Assembly: GCF_009914755.1 (NCBI RefSeq)
Contig: NC_060937.1
Direction: 5' to 3' (one strand)
DNA from: the human T2T-CHM13v2.0 reference genome, Homo sapiens
Length of the DNA stretch: 64,000 nt
Part shown: positions 46,484 through 60,535 of the stretch, piece by piece
How positions within the stretch are numbered: position 1 is the stretch's first letter
Layout of the letters: each line of letters starts with the position of its first letter
Made by a program: the position numbers and the translations under genes
Notes under the pieces: model-generated
Seen by the model: the letters and a program-made list of their open reading frames with translations, nothing else
The model's database searches: none
Told to the model about the DNA's origin: nothing

Positions 46484-47601
46484 TGTTCATTGTTAAAAGA
46501 GAAACATATATATGTCACAACCAAAAACTGCTTTGTCCTAATAAACTTCTATTTACCACTCAGTAGAAGATACTGAAAATGATGGGACTCAATGCTTCTC
46601 TTCTAGGCGTGGCTTCCAGAGAGCTGAGTTGGCATTCAGCTTTTCTGATACAAATATCTTCCTTCTTTATTTTTTGGCTATTATCCTTATACCTTTTATT
46701 AAAAAGTAAAGCAATTCTACTCTCCTTATGAGTTTGTGTTTAACAATGATGAAATATGTTAATTTGTGCATGCATAATGAGATGAACTCTGGATTATTTC
46801 ATCTCTGCGATTACATGTGGAATAGAGTGATTAATCATAAAATGTCTTCCTCATGATTCCAAAACTAGGAAATTGAAGAGAGCAACAGACTATATGTTTT
46901 CTAAACTGATATATCTCCTTGTGATCTAAGGGGATTATTTTCAGTGTCCATATATATATAAACAGCCTGAGGGGGAAAAACCTCAAACTGTGACATTAGA
47001 ACAAGCACCGCTGGTAACAAATGGAAAACTGAAAATAACAATGCTTATCTTTTCAAAACGTTTAAAACTGCAACTTCCTAGCCATTTTGTGAGTTTGCAA
47101 AAGTCATAAATTTACCAAATACATTGCTTCTGACACCTCTTTTCCTTTCTCCATCCTTCTCATTTCCTTGTCACTTTTAGTATCTTCGGGGAAAGATGCT
47201 AAAATACCCTAATTATTTTCCTTCTATATTAGTTTCACCATGATCAAATATTTTATTTCTAAGAAAAATGTTTAATTAAGTGCCGGCTTTGTGTAAGAAA
47301 GTATGTCATAAACAAGACACGGAGAGTCCCTGTCTTCACAGTGCTGACATTCCTGTAGAATATTACTCCCCATATGGCCTTCACTCCTTCCTTATTCCAA
47401 ATGCAAAGTTGCACGTTGCAGGCTATCAATTCCACATGCTCTAAGGGACACAATGATTCATAATGGCCAATACGTTCAATTACCTAATGTTAGAGAAATT
47501 CTGGAAGACAGAGTCTGCCGAATTTCAGGGGGTCTCTGTAATTTATGGCATAAATGGAAACTAGCTAGCATGTCTATACCAACCCGAGTTTCCATACTCA
47601 C

Positions 47602-47752
47602 TTGTAGATTCCAGGCGCTTCACATCTCTTGACGTTTCCAAAAAATATCGCCGAAGAAAAATGAAAATGATTCCAAGGGGAACCAAGGGTATTGCGATCC
47701 AAGGAATCACGGCCACAGCCACAGAGACCACACCAACCACTTGTAGCAATGT
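47602..47752 (-). CDS. ABCC4: ABCC4 exon 21 (151 nt, phase 0-1), MSD2 helices
   Basis: TATTTCAG|ACATTGCTA...GAATCTACAA|GTGAGT; [50 protein letters not shown]. Confidence 0.97.
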
Positions 47753-47974
47753 CTGAAATAGCAGAAGTAGATGCAGGTTTTCCTTATCAAGTATTCTTTT
47801 CAAAAATACTTTCATGAGTTGTTGTTAGGATTACACTCCTTTCTCTGAAAGACTTATTGTAGTACCAGGGACTGCTTTTCCATACAAAGGAATAACAAAA
47901 GTATAGGTGGTCCTGATGATATCTATTACATGCCTGCCATGTGCCAAACACTATGATATAAACTTATCCATTAG

Positions 47975-48284
47975 GTTTTTTTTTCCTTTTTCTTTTTTTT
48001 TTTTTTGAGATGGAGTCTTGCTCTGTCACCCAGGCTGGAGTGAAGTGGTGCCATCTCCTCTCACTGCAGCCTCCCACTCCCGTGTTCAAGTGATTCTCCT
48101 GCCTCAGTTTCCTGAGTAGCTGGGACTACAGGTGCATGTCACCATGCCTAATTTTTGTATTTTTAGTAGAGATGGTGTTTCACCATATTGGCCAGGCTGG
48201 TCTCGAACTCCCGATCTCAAGTGATCTGCCCACCTCTGCCTCCCAAAGTGCTGGAATTATGAGCGTGAGCCACCACACCAGGCC
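47975..48284 (-). mobile_element. Alu
   Basis: TSD ccattag; about 220 bp from the exon 21 acceptor. Confidence 0.95.
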
Positions 48285-48584
48285 CCCATTAGTTCTTTTG
48301 AAACACTCACCAGCCTCATGAGTCAGGCATTATTACTTTCCCTATTTAATGGATGAGAAAACTGAGATTTAGAGTAGGACTTGAATCCCAAACTATCATG
48401 AGTCAGTTGATGTTATGCGGGAAATGAGCAAGCAGGCATCATAGACAAGGAACCCAGAAGCCTCAGCTATGCACGGGATAAGGAAGTGACTAATTGCAAA
48501 TTCAGTGCTCAGAAAAAAAGGAAATAATTTAAATCTTCACCTTTGGAAGTGGGGAGTCATCTCTCTTGGTATCTATCCTTTGCT

Positions 48585-48765
48585 AACATTTACTGAATGC
48601 TGATTGTGTATCTGGCTGTATATTAAATACACATGTATCAACTCACTTAAATCTCACAATATCCCTATGAAGTAGTATTACTACACCATTTTACAGATGG
48701 AGACACTGAGGCACAGGGAGAAAAAAGTAACTTGATCAAGAACACACAGCACCAGTCACAGAGCT
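48585..48765. mobile_element. MIR fragment (others at about 2030-2090, 24310-24480, 31110-31215, 48310-48390, 50325-50390)
   Basis: MIR core ccattttacagatggagacactgaggcacagg...taacttgatcaag. Confidence 0.7.
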
Positions 48766-49602
48766 GAGGAGCATGCATTGTCAGCCACTACATTTTAGCT
48801 TGTCCCCAGCATACGGCTAGCTTTTTATTGGTCAGGATAAAATCCCTGAATTTTTCTTTAATTTTTCCCCTAAACACACTTACATAAGAAATTAGAGTTC
48901 ATTAACATGCCCAATAAAGAATAGATAAGAGAAATGTAATTAAATTTTACATGTTTTAAAAGACCTGAGACTTTTTTCTTTTTATTACAATATATTGAAT
49001 TTTATATTGTCAGAAATTTTTGTCTTCTATTTCTCTTACATTTAGTAGCACTGAGGAAGAGGTTTGATAACAAGAAAACAAGTCAAAATGTCTAACAGGG
49101 TTTTTTTTTTAGCTTTAACACTTGGATATGCATTAAATTTTCCACGATTAGGAGAGTATTTCAAACGTCTATTTCAGAGGCACATGATAACAATAGCAAA
49201 TGACATGTATGAGCACGTGCAAGGCACTGTGCTAACGGGTCTGTGAATGTTCACTTACCCATCACCTCACCCAGCAAGGTGACATTATCTTTGGAAATTA
49301 CCTTGGTCTAAAAGGTGAAATATAAAAACAAAAGCAAGAAGCATAAAAACCCAAGACACTGGATGATGCTCATTTCAGTATTCATCTTTATTAGGAAACG
49401 TGTGATATCACGGTCTATGGCTTCGGGAAATATGAGTGCAACTCAAGTTAGTCCCTACCTACTCTGAAACCACAACGCTTGCTTCTTGAGAAGGATAGAA
49501 CAGTGGGGGACGTGCAGATTCACGTTATACATGCTCTGAGGCCTCCAAAGTTCACTGTCTTACATAAAAGTACATGACTTCAGCAGAAAGTACAGAGTGC
49601 TA

Positions 49603-49980
<378 letters not shown>

Positions 49981-50547
49981 TTACAACTGATTTTCACAGG
50001 CAGGTTTAACAGACAACCAGAAAGTACAGCATAAATAATCACTTGCGGGTCGCAATCACAGTTTGCTTGCTGCGGGAACACAGGCAGTTCTGTGTGTGTC
50101 TTCTCAGCACCACCACCTGCATCTTGACCCACCAGCCCAGCATCTGGCCTACTAGGCCACCCACAATTTTCTGTACCTAGCTGACAGCCAAAGAAAGGTA
50201 CAATTGCCCTGCCCTCCCAAAAACCAAGAAGAGGCAACATGTCATAAGCCTTGCTTATATCCAAACCTTAGTACATATGTATTTCGCATCCATTATCTAA
50301 CTTCACTCTCATATCTAAATAGGAGGGATTATCATCTCCATTTACACAGGAGGAAACTGAGTCTCAGAGAGGTTCAGTAACTTCCTCAAAGACAGAAAAT
50401 TCAGTCATACTGACCTTACACCTGTTCTCTTAATCACTGCAAGATACTATATCCTACACACGATTCATATTTTTTAAAGCATTTAATACCGAAATATATC
50501 TGTATTTTTTATATTTTTGTTTTCTGAATTTTCTAGTTTTTAAGGTT

Positions 50548-50549
<2 letters not shown>

Positions 50550-50593
<44 letters not shown>
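50550..50593. repeat. (TG)22 microsatellite
   Basis: Direct reading. Confidence 0.97.
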
Positions 50594-50594
<1 letters not shown>

Positions 50595-51717
50595 TTATAT
50601 CTGGTCTCTCAGTGAGGTGACCAATCCCAGCTCCCAGCTAATTAGGAAATAACAGACTTCTCAGCTCAAAAAGAAGAGCTGATCTTTAAAAAGTCTTAAA
50701 ATATTTGCTAATAGAACATGGCAACACATATTGATTTAAGAATTATTGTTTACATCTAAAAGTCTTACAAAAAGATGAGTTCTAGACCCAGAAAACAAAA
50801 TGACTTAAGAAAAAAAGAAGAACCACATTTTAATAAATATATAAAACCTCAGGACACAAAATGAAGGTTGAATACATTTCATATTCAATATCTATATTTG
50901 AATGGTAGTGAAAAATATAAAATTTCCCCCGGCAGACTCTTCTAGAATTAATTTTGTATCCGAACATTACAGAATGGAACATATTCTTTTAACAAGCATA
51001 ATTTTAACTACAATGCCTGTTTGGCATTTAACCACCAAACTGCTTTGAGTCCTGGAGAAATTTTTAGGTATCTATCCACTATTTACTTTAAACTTCATTT
51101 TGTGGGATTCTGTTCCTGCTAGTCTTTGTGAAGCTTGTGCCAACGAACATGTTTTCTATAAACAGCAGTAAAAATGTATTCCTATTTTCTGCAAATAAAA
51201 ATGCCATCCATCCTTCTGGCTCATTCTATTCCTCATTTGAACTCTCCCTCTCTCTGTCAACCTTCTATTAGGTACAAGATGAAATATGTATTTAATCATG
51301 AGGTCACTTAATCAGTAGATGGTATTTTCATGATTTGTTTATGGTATTAAAACATAAAATCAGGATCATTAAGGTTGCTAACACCTCACAGAAAGTGGAA
51401 AGCTTTTAATTCTGCTGTAAGCCACTGAAGAATTGTGTTCTAAGCTGTGATAAGTACAAATCATCCAGATTGCTTTAAACGATTACTGACTTCGCAGAAG
51501 ACAAATCTTAGGTGTAATAAACAAAGCAGGGTTCACTTCTTGGTGAGAGACTATGGCAAGATTTTCTTCTGATTTAGAGAGAAAAAAATTGCCCACTAGT
51601 TTTTGATCAGTAAGGTGTTTACTGATAGGGTGGCAGAAGAAATTCTTCTACTTATTTATTTTGGGAACACATGAGACTAAAACAAAAAACAAACAAACAA
51701 CAAACAAACAAAAAACT

Positions 51718-51974
51718 GGCAGGGTGCGGTGGCTCACGCCTATAATCCTAACACTTTGGGAGGTCAAGGCAGGCAGATTGCCTGAGCTCAACACCAGCCT
51801 GGGCAACATGGCGAAACCCCGTCTCTACTAAAAACACAAAAACTTAGCTGGGCGTGGTGGTGCATGCCTGCAATCCCAGCTACTTGGGAGGCTGAGGCTT
51901 GCAGTGAGCCGAGATCATGCCACTGCACTCCAGACTGGGTGACAGAGCAAGACTCTGTCTCAAAAAAAAATAAA
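51718..51974 (+). mobile_element. Alu with two internal deletions
   Basis: gagctca|acaccagcc and ggaggctgagg|cttgcagtgagc junctions. Confidence 0.92.
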
Positions 51975-52759
51975 ACCTACTTCTCAATGAAATGACTAAC
52001 ATAACAGGTTGTGCTCCTGGCTAATACAGGATTTCTTCTGGAGCCACTAAAATTATGAACAGGGTATACAAACCGACAGGAATATTAAGAAATAAAAATG
52101 TAATTCTGTCAAATCATTATCATTACCTTCAATTACAGGATGAATAGAAGCAAAAGGGACAATATGGAAGACACTTAAATGTAAGCTCCTAAGCCCAAAT
52201 ACTGACAGCATCAGCACTAAGTCAGCAGATGTAAATTATGTGCTACTGTAGCATCTCACCTGCCTCAGGGAGTTCAGAGGTCAACTCTGGTTCCCAGGTC
52301 CCACCTGGGGAGATCTCTACTTTACATCTGTTTTTTTTGTTACCTCATCCAACCCAGTGAATGCCTTTAAATCAGAACTTTATGGAGTGTTGGTATGTCT
52401 TCTGTGTATGACAAGATCTAAACAAACATTCTCTAAGCTTTTCTAAACTTGTCCTTCCCTTGGGATACATTAATCACTCCTTTCATCCCTCATATGCTAA
52501 TCTGATCTTTTGACATCCAGCGCTGGTACCTGTGTTGGACTTCGGTTAGTGCTTAATCCTGAGTCCCAGCTAACTCCAATGAAGAGTGAATGGTGTAAGG
52601 CATTAGAGCAATGTGGTGCACCTCTCCCTTCCTTTGTGGTCAGCATATCTCACTGACAGATGGTTTCCTTTGTACATTTTTTCCATGTTAATGTTTATTA
52701 TGAAATTCAAGGCTGAAGTCCGTCTATATGCTACCTTAAAAATACACATCTTAGAAAAG

Positions 52760-54250
52760 GCATATAAAAGTGGAAATAAAAGATAAGTTTTAACCCACTT
52801 ATCTTAATAACTGATATAACAAGCACATAAAAATCGACAGAGAAAATTTGAAAACATGATTAATAAACTTGACTTAATGATGACCTAAAGGCTACAATAC
52901 TATAGCCAATAACTGCATAAACACACTTTTCAAGTGCATCTTTATTATGCCATAAAGCAAGTATCATCAAACTTCAAGAGACAGATATTATACAGAATAT
53001 ATTCTGACATAAGTGGATTTAACATGAAATCAATGTAATTAGAAATGTAACTAGAAATGTTAGGAATTCAGCAATATATTTCTATATAACACCTGTTTCA
53101 AATAAATTACAATAAAATTAGAAACTTTTCAAATAAAAGAAAATGAAAACCTAATAATATTAAAATTTCAGGACTGCAACTAATGCTGTTTACAAGTAAA
53201 ATTATTCCTTCAAACTTTTTTTTAAAGACAGGTTAAAAGTAAAGGATCTAAAAATATACCTTACAAAGATAGAAAAATGAGTAGCATATTAAATTAAAAT
53301 CTGAGAAAAATGGAAATTAGAAAAAAGGAGAAAATGATTAAATAGAAAACTAATTTGAAGGAGAAAAATCAACAAACCCAAAGCCTCATTATATAAAAAA
53401 ACTGATGAAATCAATAAACTTCAAAAAGACTAATCAAGAAAAAAAGAGAGGAAAATTATCATTATCATGAATTAACAGGGAATAACAGAAGAGATACTAC
53501 AGGCATTAAAAAGAATATATAATAAACACCGTTCCAATAAATTAAAAATTTTGATGCAAAAGGCAAATTTCTGGAAAAATGATGGGCAAAGACTGACATA
53601 ATAAAAAACCTAAATCTGAATAATTCTATTATTGAATTTAAGAATATGAATTCATGACACAAAAATTTCCCATAGAAAAAACAAAGATGGGTCACAAGAT
53701 GATTTTGCAGAAGTTTTATCAAATTCTTCTAGAGAATTGGAATCCAGCATTATCCTGATATAAAAACCAAAGAAAGGAAAATTATAAACCAAACTGTGTT
53801 AAGAACACTAAGTCCGGGCCCGGTGACTCACACCTGTAATCCCAGCACTTTGGGAGGCCAAGGAGGGCGGATCACAAGGTCAGGAGTTTGAGACCAGCCT
53901 GGCCAACATGGTGAAACCCCGTCTCTACTAAAAATACAAAATTTAGCTAGGCGTGGTCACGGGCACCTGTAATCCCAGCTACTTGGGAGGCTGAGGCAGG
54001 AGAAACACTTGCAACCGGAAGCTGAGATCACGCCACTGCACTCCAGCTTGGGTGAAAAAGCAAACAACAACAAAAAAGAACACTAAATAACATACTAAAT
54101 ACACTGAATCTAAGAACATAAAAAATAATTATACTTTATAAACTGTTTACACCAGTAATACAAGCCTGATTTAAGATCTGACAATTAATCAATCAATGCT
54201 ATTTATCAGGTTAACGAAACAGGAAGAACCACATGATCATATAAATAGTG
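52760..54250 (+). mobile_element. Old degenerate L1M ORF2 fragment (interrupted by an Alu)
   Basis: A-rich sequence paralleling L1 ORF2 (ataaacttgacttaatga, aaaaatcaacaaacccaaa, ccagcattatcctgatataaaaacc, ccacatgatcat). Confidence 0.7.
53811..54077 (+). mobile_element. Alu (AluSg-like) inserted in old L1
   Basis: TSD aagaacactaa. Confidence 0.93.
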
Positions 54251-54265
54251 GCAAGAAAACACCAG

Positions 54266-54367
54266 GGCTTGAACCCAGGAGATGAAAGTTGCAGTGAGCC
54301 GAAATCATGCCACTGCACTCCAGCCTAGGTGACAGTGAGACTCTGTCAAAAAAAGAAAAAAAAAAAG
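54266..54367 (+). mobile_element. Alu 3' fragment
   Basis: gcttgaacccaggag...gagactctgtc followed by A tail. Confidence 0.88.
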
Positions 54368-54380
54368 AAGCCAATCCCAA

Positions 54381-57300
54381 GAGGTGGGATCATGGCAGAC
54401 GAGAGGCAGGACTAGATTGCAGCTCTGACTCGGACTAACAGAGCAGTGTGCAGAGGCTTGCATGTGAACTTTAGCTCTGGATCGACTTCAAGAACAAACC
54501 AGCAATCCCAAGAGGAGCCACAGACCCTTTGAAGGAAGTGGACTGCTACTGCAGGACCTAGGAGACACCCCAAATACTCTGCAGCAAGACCCACCCAAGG
54601 AGTGTCTGAGCTCAGACATGCCTAGCCCTGCCCCCACCTGATGGTCCTTCCCTACGCACCGTGGTAGTGGAAGACAAAGGGCATATAATCCAGGGAGTCC
54701 TAGGGTCCTGTGCACTGCTAGTTCCTCTTCATGCTACCACAGCTAATGCTCTCTGCAAAGTGCCACCTTCCAACAGGAGGCCAACCAGTACAAAAATAGA
54801 GCATTAAACCAAAGCTAAGAACCGTCACAGGGTCCATTGCACCCCCCGACCACCTCCACCGGAACAGGTGCTGGTATCCATGGCTGAGAGACCCAAAGAG
54901 ATCTCTGTGAGGTTCACATCACAGGACTCTCTGCAGACAACCGCCAGTGCCAACCGGGAACCAGGCAGACTCACTGGGTGGCTAGACCCAGAAGAGAGAC
55001 AATAATCACCGCGGTTCGGCTCACAGGAAGCCGTATCCACACCAAAAGGGAGAGAGTACTATATCAAGGGAACACCCTGTGGGACAAAAGAATCTGAACA
55101 ACAGCCTTCAGCTCAAGACCTTCCCTCTGACAGAGCCTACCCAAATGAGAAAAGGAACTAGAAAACCCACTCTGATAATGTGACAAAATAAGGCTCTTTA
55201 CCAGCCTCACAAAATCACACTAGTTCACCAGCAATGGATCCAAACTGAGAAGAAATCCCTGATTTACCTGAAAAAGAATTTAGGAGGTTAGTTATTAAGC
55301 TAATCAGGGGGGCACCAGAGAAAGGCAAAGCACAATGCAAGGAAATCCAACAAATAATACAAGACATAAAGGGAGAAATAGTCAAAGAAACAGATAGCTT
55401 AAAAAAAATCAAAAATTCGAGAGACATTGGACACACTTACAGAAATGCAAAATGCTCTGGAAAGTCTCAGCAATAGAACTGAATAAGTAGAAGAAAGAAG
55501 AAGAAACAAGTAGTAGAAGAAAGAACTCAAAGACAAGGTCTTCTAATTAACCCAATCCAACAAATACAAATGGAAAAAGAATAAGAAAATATGAACAAAA
55601 CCTCCAAGAAGTCTGGGATTATGTTAAACGACCAAGCCTAAGAATAATCAGTGTTCCTGAGGAAGAAGAGAATTCTAAAAGCTTGGAAAACATATTTGGG
55701 CAAATAATCGAGGAAAACTTCTTCAGCCTTGCTAGAGACCTAGACATCCAAATACAAGAAGCACAAAGAACACCTGGGAAATTCATTGAAAAAAATCATC
55801 ACCTAGGTGCACTGTCATCAGGTTACCCAAAGGTAAGACCAAAGAAAGAATCTTAAGAGCTGTGAGACAGAAGCACCAGGTAACCTATAAAGGAAAACCT
55901 ATCAGATTAACAGCAGATTTCTCAGCAGAAACCCTATAAGCTAGAAGGGATTGGGGCCCTATCTTCAGCCTCCTCAAACAAAACAATGATCAGCCAAGAA
56001 TTTTGCATCCAGTGAAACTAAGCTCCACATATGAAAGAAAGATACAGTTTTTTTCAAACAAACAAATGCTAAGAGAATTCACTACTACCAAACCACCACT
56101 GTAAGAAACTGCTAAAAGGAGCTCTAAATCTTGAAACAAATCCTGGAAACGCATCAAAACAGAAACTCTTTAAAGCATAAATCATACAGGACCTATAAAA
56201 CAAAAATACAAGTTAAAAAGCAAAAACAAACAAAAAAAACACAAAGTACACAGACAACAAACAGCGCGATGAATACAACAGTACCTCACATCTCAACACT
56301 AATATTGAATGTAAATTGCCTAAATGCTCCACTTAAAAGATACAGAAGTGCAGAATGGATAAAAACTCACCAACCAATCTGCTGCCTTCTGGAGACTCAC
56401 CTAACACATAAGCACTCACAGAAACTTAAAGGGGTGGAAAAAGGATTTCATGCAAATCGACATGAAACACAGCAGGGGCAGCTATTCTTATATCAGACAA
56501 AACAAACTTTAAAGCAACAGCAGTTAAAAGAGACAAAGAGGGACATTATCTAACAGTAAAAGGCCTTGTCCAAAAGGAAAATATCACAGTCCTAAACATA
56601 TATGCACCCAACACTACAGCTCTCAAATTTATAAAACAATTACTAATAGAATTAAGAAATAAGAGAGACAGCAACACAATAACAGTGGGGGACTTCAATA
56701 CTTCACTGACAGCACTAGACAGATCATTAAGACAAAAAGTCAACAAAGAAACAATGGATTTAAACTATACCTTGGAACAAATGGACTTAACATACATAAA
56801 TAGAACATTTCATCCAACAACTGCAGAATACACATTCTATTCGACAGTGCATGGAACTTTTTCCAAGATAGACCATATGATTCAACTCCAAAAGGAATCT
56901 TCAAAACCATGCAAATACATGGAAATTAAATAATCTGCTCCTGAATGAGCATTGGGTCAAAAATGAAATCAAGATGGAAATTAAAAAATATTTCAAACTG
57001 AATGACAATAATGACACAACCTATCAAAACCTCTGGGATACAGCAAAGGCAGTACTAAGAGGAAAGTTCATAGCCTTAAACACCTGCATTGAAAAAGCTG
57101 AAAGAGCACAAACTGACATTCCAAGGTCACACCTCAAGGAACTAGAGAAACAAGAACAAACCAAACCCAAACCCAGCAGAAGAAAGGAAATAACTAAGAT
57201 CAGAGCAGAACTAAATGAAATGAAACAACAACAACAAAACACAAAAGATAAATAAAACAAAAAGCTGGTTTTTTGAAAAGGTAAATAAAATTGATAGGCC

Positions 57301-59759
57301 ATTAGCAAGATTAACCAAGAAAAGAAGAGAGAAAAATTAACTGACACCACTGAAATACAAAAGATCATTCAAGGCTACTATGAACATCTTTACACACATA
57401 AACTAGAAAACCTAGAAGAGATGGATAAATTCCTGGAAAAATACAACCCTCCTAGCTTAAATCAGGAAGAATTAGATACCCTGAACAGACCAATAACAAG
57501 CAGCAAGACTGAAATGGTAATTTAAAAATTACCAACAAAAAAAAGTCCAAGACCAGACAGATTCACAGCAGAATTTTACCAGACATTCAAAGAAGAATTG
57601 GTACCAATCCTTTGGACACTATTCCATAAGACAGAGAAAGAAGGAACCCTCCCTAATTCATTCTATAAAGCCAGCATCACCATAATACCAAAACGAGGAA
57701 AGGACATAACCAAAAAGAACACTGCAAACCGATATCCTTGATGAACATAGATGCTAAAATCCTTAACAAAATACTTGTTAACTGAATCCAACAACATATC
57801 AAAAAGATAAGCCACCATGATCAAGTGGGTTTCATACCAGGGATGTAGAGATGGTTTAACATATGCAAGTCAATAAATGTGATACACCACATAAACAAAA
57901 TTAAAACCAAAAAATCACATAATCATCTCAATAGATGCAGAAAAAGCATTCGACAAAATCCAGCATCCCTTTAAGATCAAAACTCTCAGCAAAATCGGCA
58001 TACAAGAGACATACCTCAATGTAATAAAAGCCATCTATGACAAACCCACAGCCAACATAATACTGAATGGGGAAAAGTTGAAAGCATTTCCTCGGAGAAC
58101 TGGAACAAGACAAGGATGCCCACTCTTACCACTCCTCTTCAACATAGTACTGGAAGTCCTGGCCAGATCAATCAGACAAAAGAAAGAAATAAAGGGCATC
58201 CAAATTGGTAAAGAGGAAGTCAAACTGTCGTTTACCTTGGAAAGCCTAAAGACTCCTCCAGAAAGCTCCTAGAACTGATAAAATAATTGAGCAAAGTTTC
58301 CAGATATAAGATTAATGTACACAAATCAGTAGCTCTTCTATACGCCAACAGGAACCAAGTAGAGAATCAAATCAAGAACTAAACCCCTTTTACAATAGCT
58401 GCAAAAATTAAAATAAAATAAAATACTTAGGAATATACCTAACCAAGGAATCAAAAGACCTCTACAAGGAAAACTACAAAACACTGCTGGAAGAAATCAT
58501 AGACAACACAAATAAATGGAAATACATCTCATGCTCATGGATGGATAGAATCAATATTGTGAAAATGACCATACTGCCAAAAGCAATCTACAAATTCAAT
58601 GCAATTCCCATCAAAATACCACCATCATTCTGCACAGAATTAAAAAAAAAAATTCTAAAATTCACATGGAACCAAAAAAGAGCCCGCAGAGCCAAAGCAA
58701 GACTAATCAAACAGAACAAATCTGGAGGCATCACACTACTTGATTTCAAACTGTACTATAAGGCCATAGTCACCAAAACAGCATGGTACTGGTATAAAAA
58801 TAGGCACACAGACCAATGGAACAGAATAGAGAACCCAAATACTTAACCGCCAACTGATATTTGACAAAGCAAACAAAATCATAAAGTGGGGAAAGGACAC
58901 CCTTTTCAACAAATGGTGCTGGGATAACTGGCTAGCCACATGTAGGAGAATGAAACTGGATCCTTATCTCTGACCTTATACAAAAATCAACTCAAGATGG
59001 ATCAGAGACTTAAATCTAAGACCTGGAAACTATAAAAATTCTAGAAGATAACATTGGAAAAACCCTTCTAGACATTGGTTTAGGCAAGGATTTCATGACT
59101 AAGAACCCAAAAGCAAATGCAATAAAAACAAAGATAAATAGTAGGGACTTAATTAAACTAAGGAGCTTTTGCACCGCAAAAGGCACATTCAGCAGAGTGA
59201 AGAGACAACACACAGAGTGGGAGTAAATCTTCACAATCTATACACATTTGACAAAGGAGTAATATCCAGAGTCTACAATGAATTAGAACAAATCAGTAAG
59301 AAAAAAACAATCTCATCAGAAAGTGGACTTAGGACATGAAGAGAAAATTCTGGAAAGAAGATATACAATGCTCACTATCACTAATGACTAGGGAAATGCA
59401 AATCAAAAACACAATGTGATACCACCTTACTCCTGCAAGAATGGCCATAATAAAAAAATCAGAAAACAGTAGATGTTGGCATGGATGCAGTGATCAGGGA
59501 ACTCTTCTACACTGCTGGTGGGAATGTAAACTAGTACAGTCGCTATGGAAAATAGTGTGGAAATTCCTTAAAGAACTAAAAGTAGATCTACCATTTGATC
59601 CAGCAATCCCACTACTGGCTATCTACCCAGAGGAAAATAAATCATTATTTGGAAAAGATACTTGCACACACATGTTTATAGCAGCACGATTCACAATTGC
59701 AAAATCATGGAACCAACCCAAATGCCCATCAATCAATGAGTGGATAAAGAAACTGTGAG

Positions 59760-59814
<55 letters not shown>

Positions 59815-60184
59815 GATGGAATACTCCTCAACCATAGAAAGGAATGAACTGACAGCATTTGCAGTGACCTGGATGAGACTGGAGACTATTATTCTGAGTG
59901 AAGTAACTCAGGAATGGAAAACCAAACATTGTATGTTCTCACTGATACATGGGAGCTAAGCTATGAGGATGCAAAGGCATAAGAATGATACAATGGACTT
60001 TGGGGGTTTAGGGGGAAGAGTGGGAGGAGGGCGAGGGATAAAACACTACAAATATGGTGCAGTGTACACTGCTTGGGTGATGGGTGCACCAAAATCTCTC
60101 AAATCACCACTAAAGAGCTTAGTCATGTAACCAAATACCACCTGTACCTCAGTAACTTATGGAAAACTAACAAATAAATAAATA
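54381..60184 (+). mobile_element. Near-full-length inactive LINE-1, L1PB1/L1PBa-like, antisense to ABCC4
   Basis: L1PB-type 5'UTR (atcatggcagacgagaggcaggactagattgcagctc), broken ORF1, ORF2 fragments ([47 protein letters not shown]), L1PB 3'UTR (gggagctaagctatgaggatgcaaaggcataagaatgatac), (taaa)n tail. Confidence 0.92.
59762..59813. repeat. (TATC)13 tetranucleotide STR inside the L1PB
   Basis: Direct reading. Confidence 0.97.
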
Positions 60185-60439
60185 AGACACTGAAATAGAT
60201 ACAGATTTTTTTAAACAGAACACAAAAATCAATGACCATAAAGGAAAAGATTGATAAGTATGTTTATGAAAACACAATATTACAGGGCTAAAAAGATAAG
60301 CATTAGTACAGAAGGAAGGTATCTGCAATTCAGAATACATAAAGAATTCTACAAATCAGTAAGAAAAACAAAACAAAAACCCAGAGTACTCAATAGAAAA
60401 ATTGTTAAGACACTTAAATAGGTGCTTACCCAAATGATA

Positions 60440-60445
60440 TTTAAT
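60440..60445 (-). terminator. Candidate polyadenylation signal ATTAAA for the alternative terminal exon
   Basis: tttaat on + strand, about 165 nt past the TAG; first AWTAAA hexamer I found downstream on the - strand. Confidence 0.5.
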
Positions 60446-60535
60446 TGGTCAATAAACATAAAAAGATGAAAAGTATAAGAGCAAAACAAATGAAAATTCT
60501 ATAAACAAAAATTGAATATCAAAAAAACAACATTT

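Noticed and set aside
47252-47601. Exon 21 read-through ([13 protein letters not shown]) with AATAAA at 47252-47257 as another truncated isoform
   Set aside because: The donor is near-consensus (GTGAGT) and the hexamer is expected by chance in AT-rich intron; much weaker case than intron 22.
56131-59758. ORFs with endonuclease/reverse transcriptase motifs as an active or novel retroelement
   Set aside because: Frameshifted, stop-ridden fragments of an ordinary old L1 ORF2 with catalytic motifs deleted.
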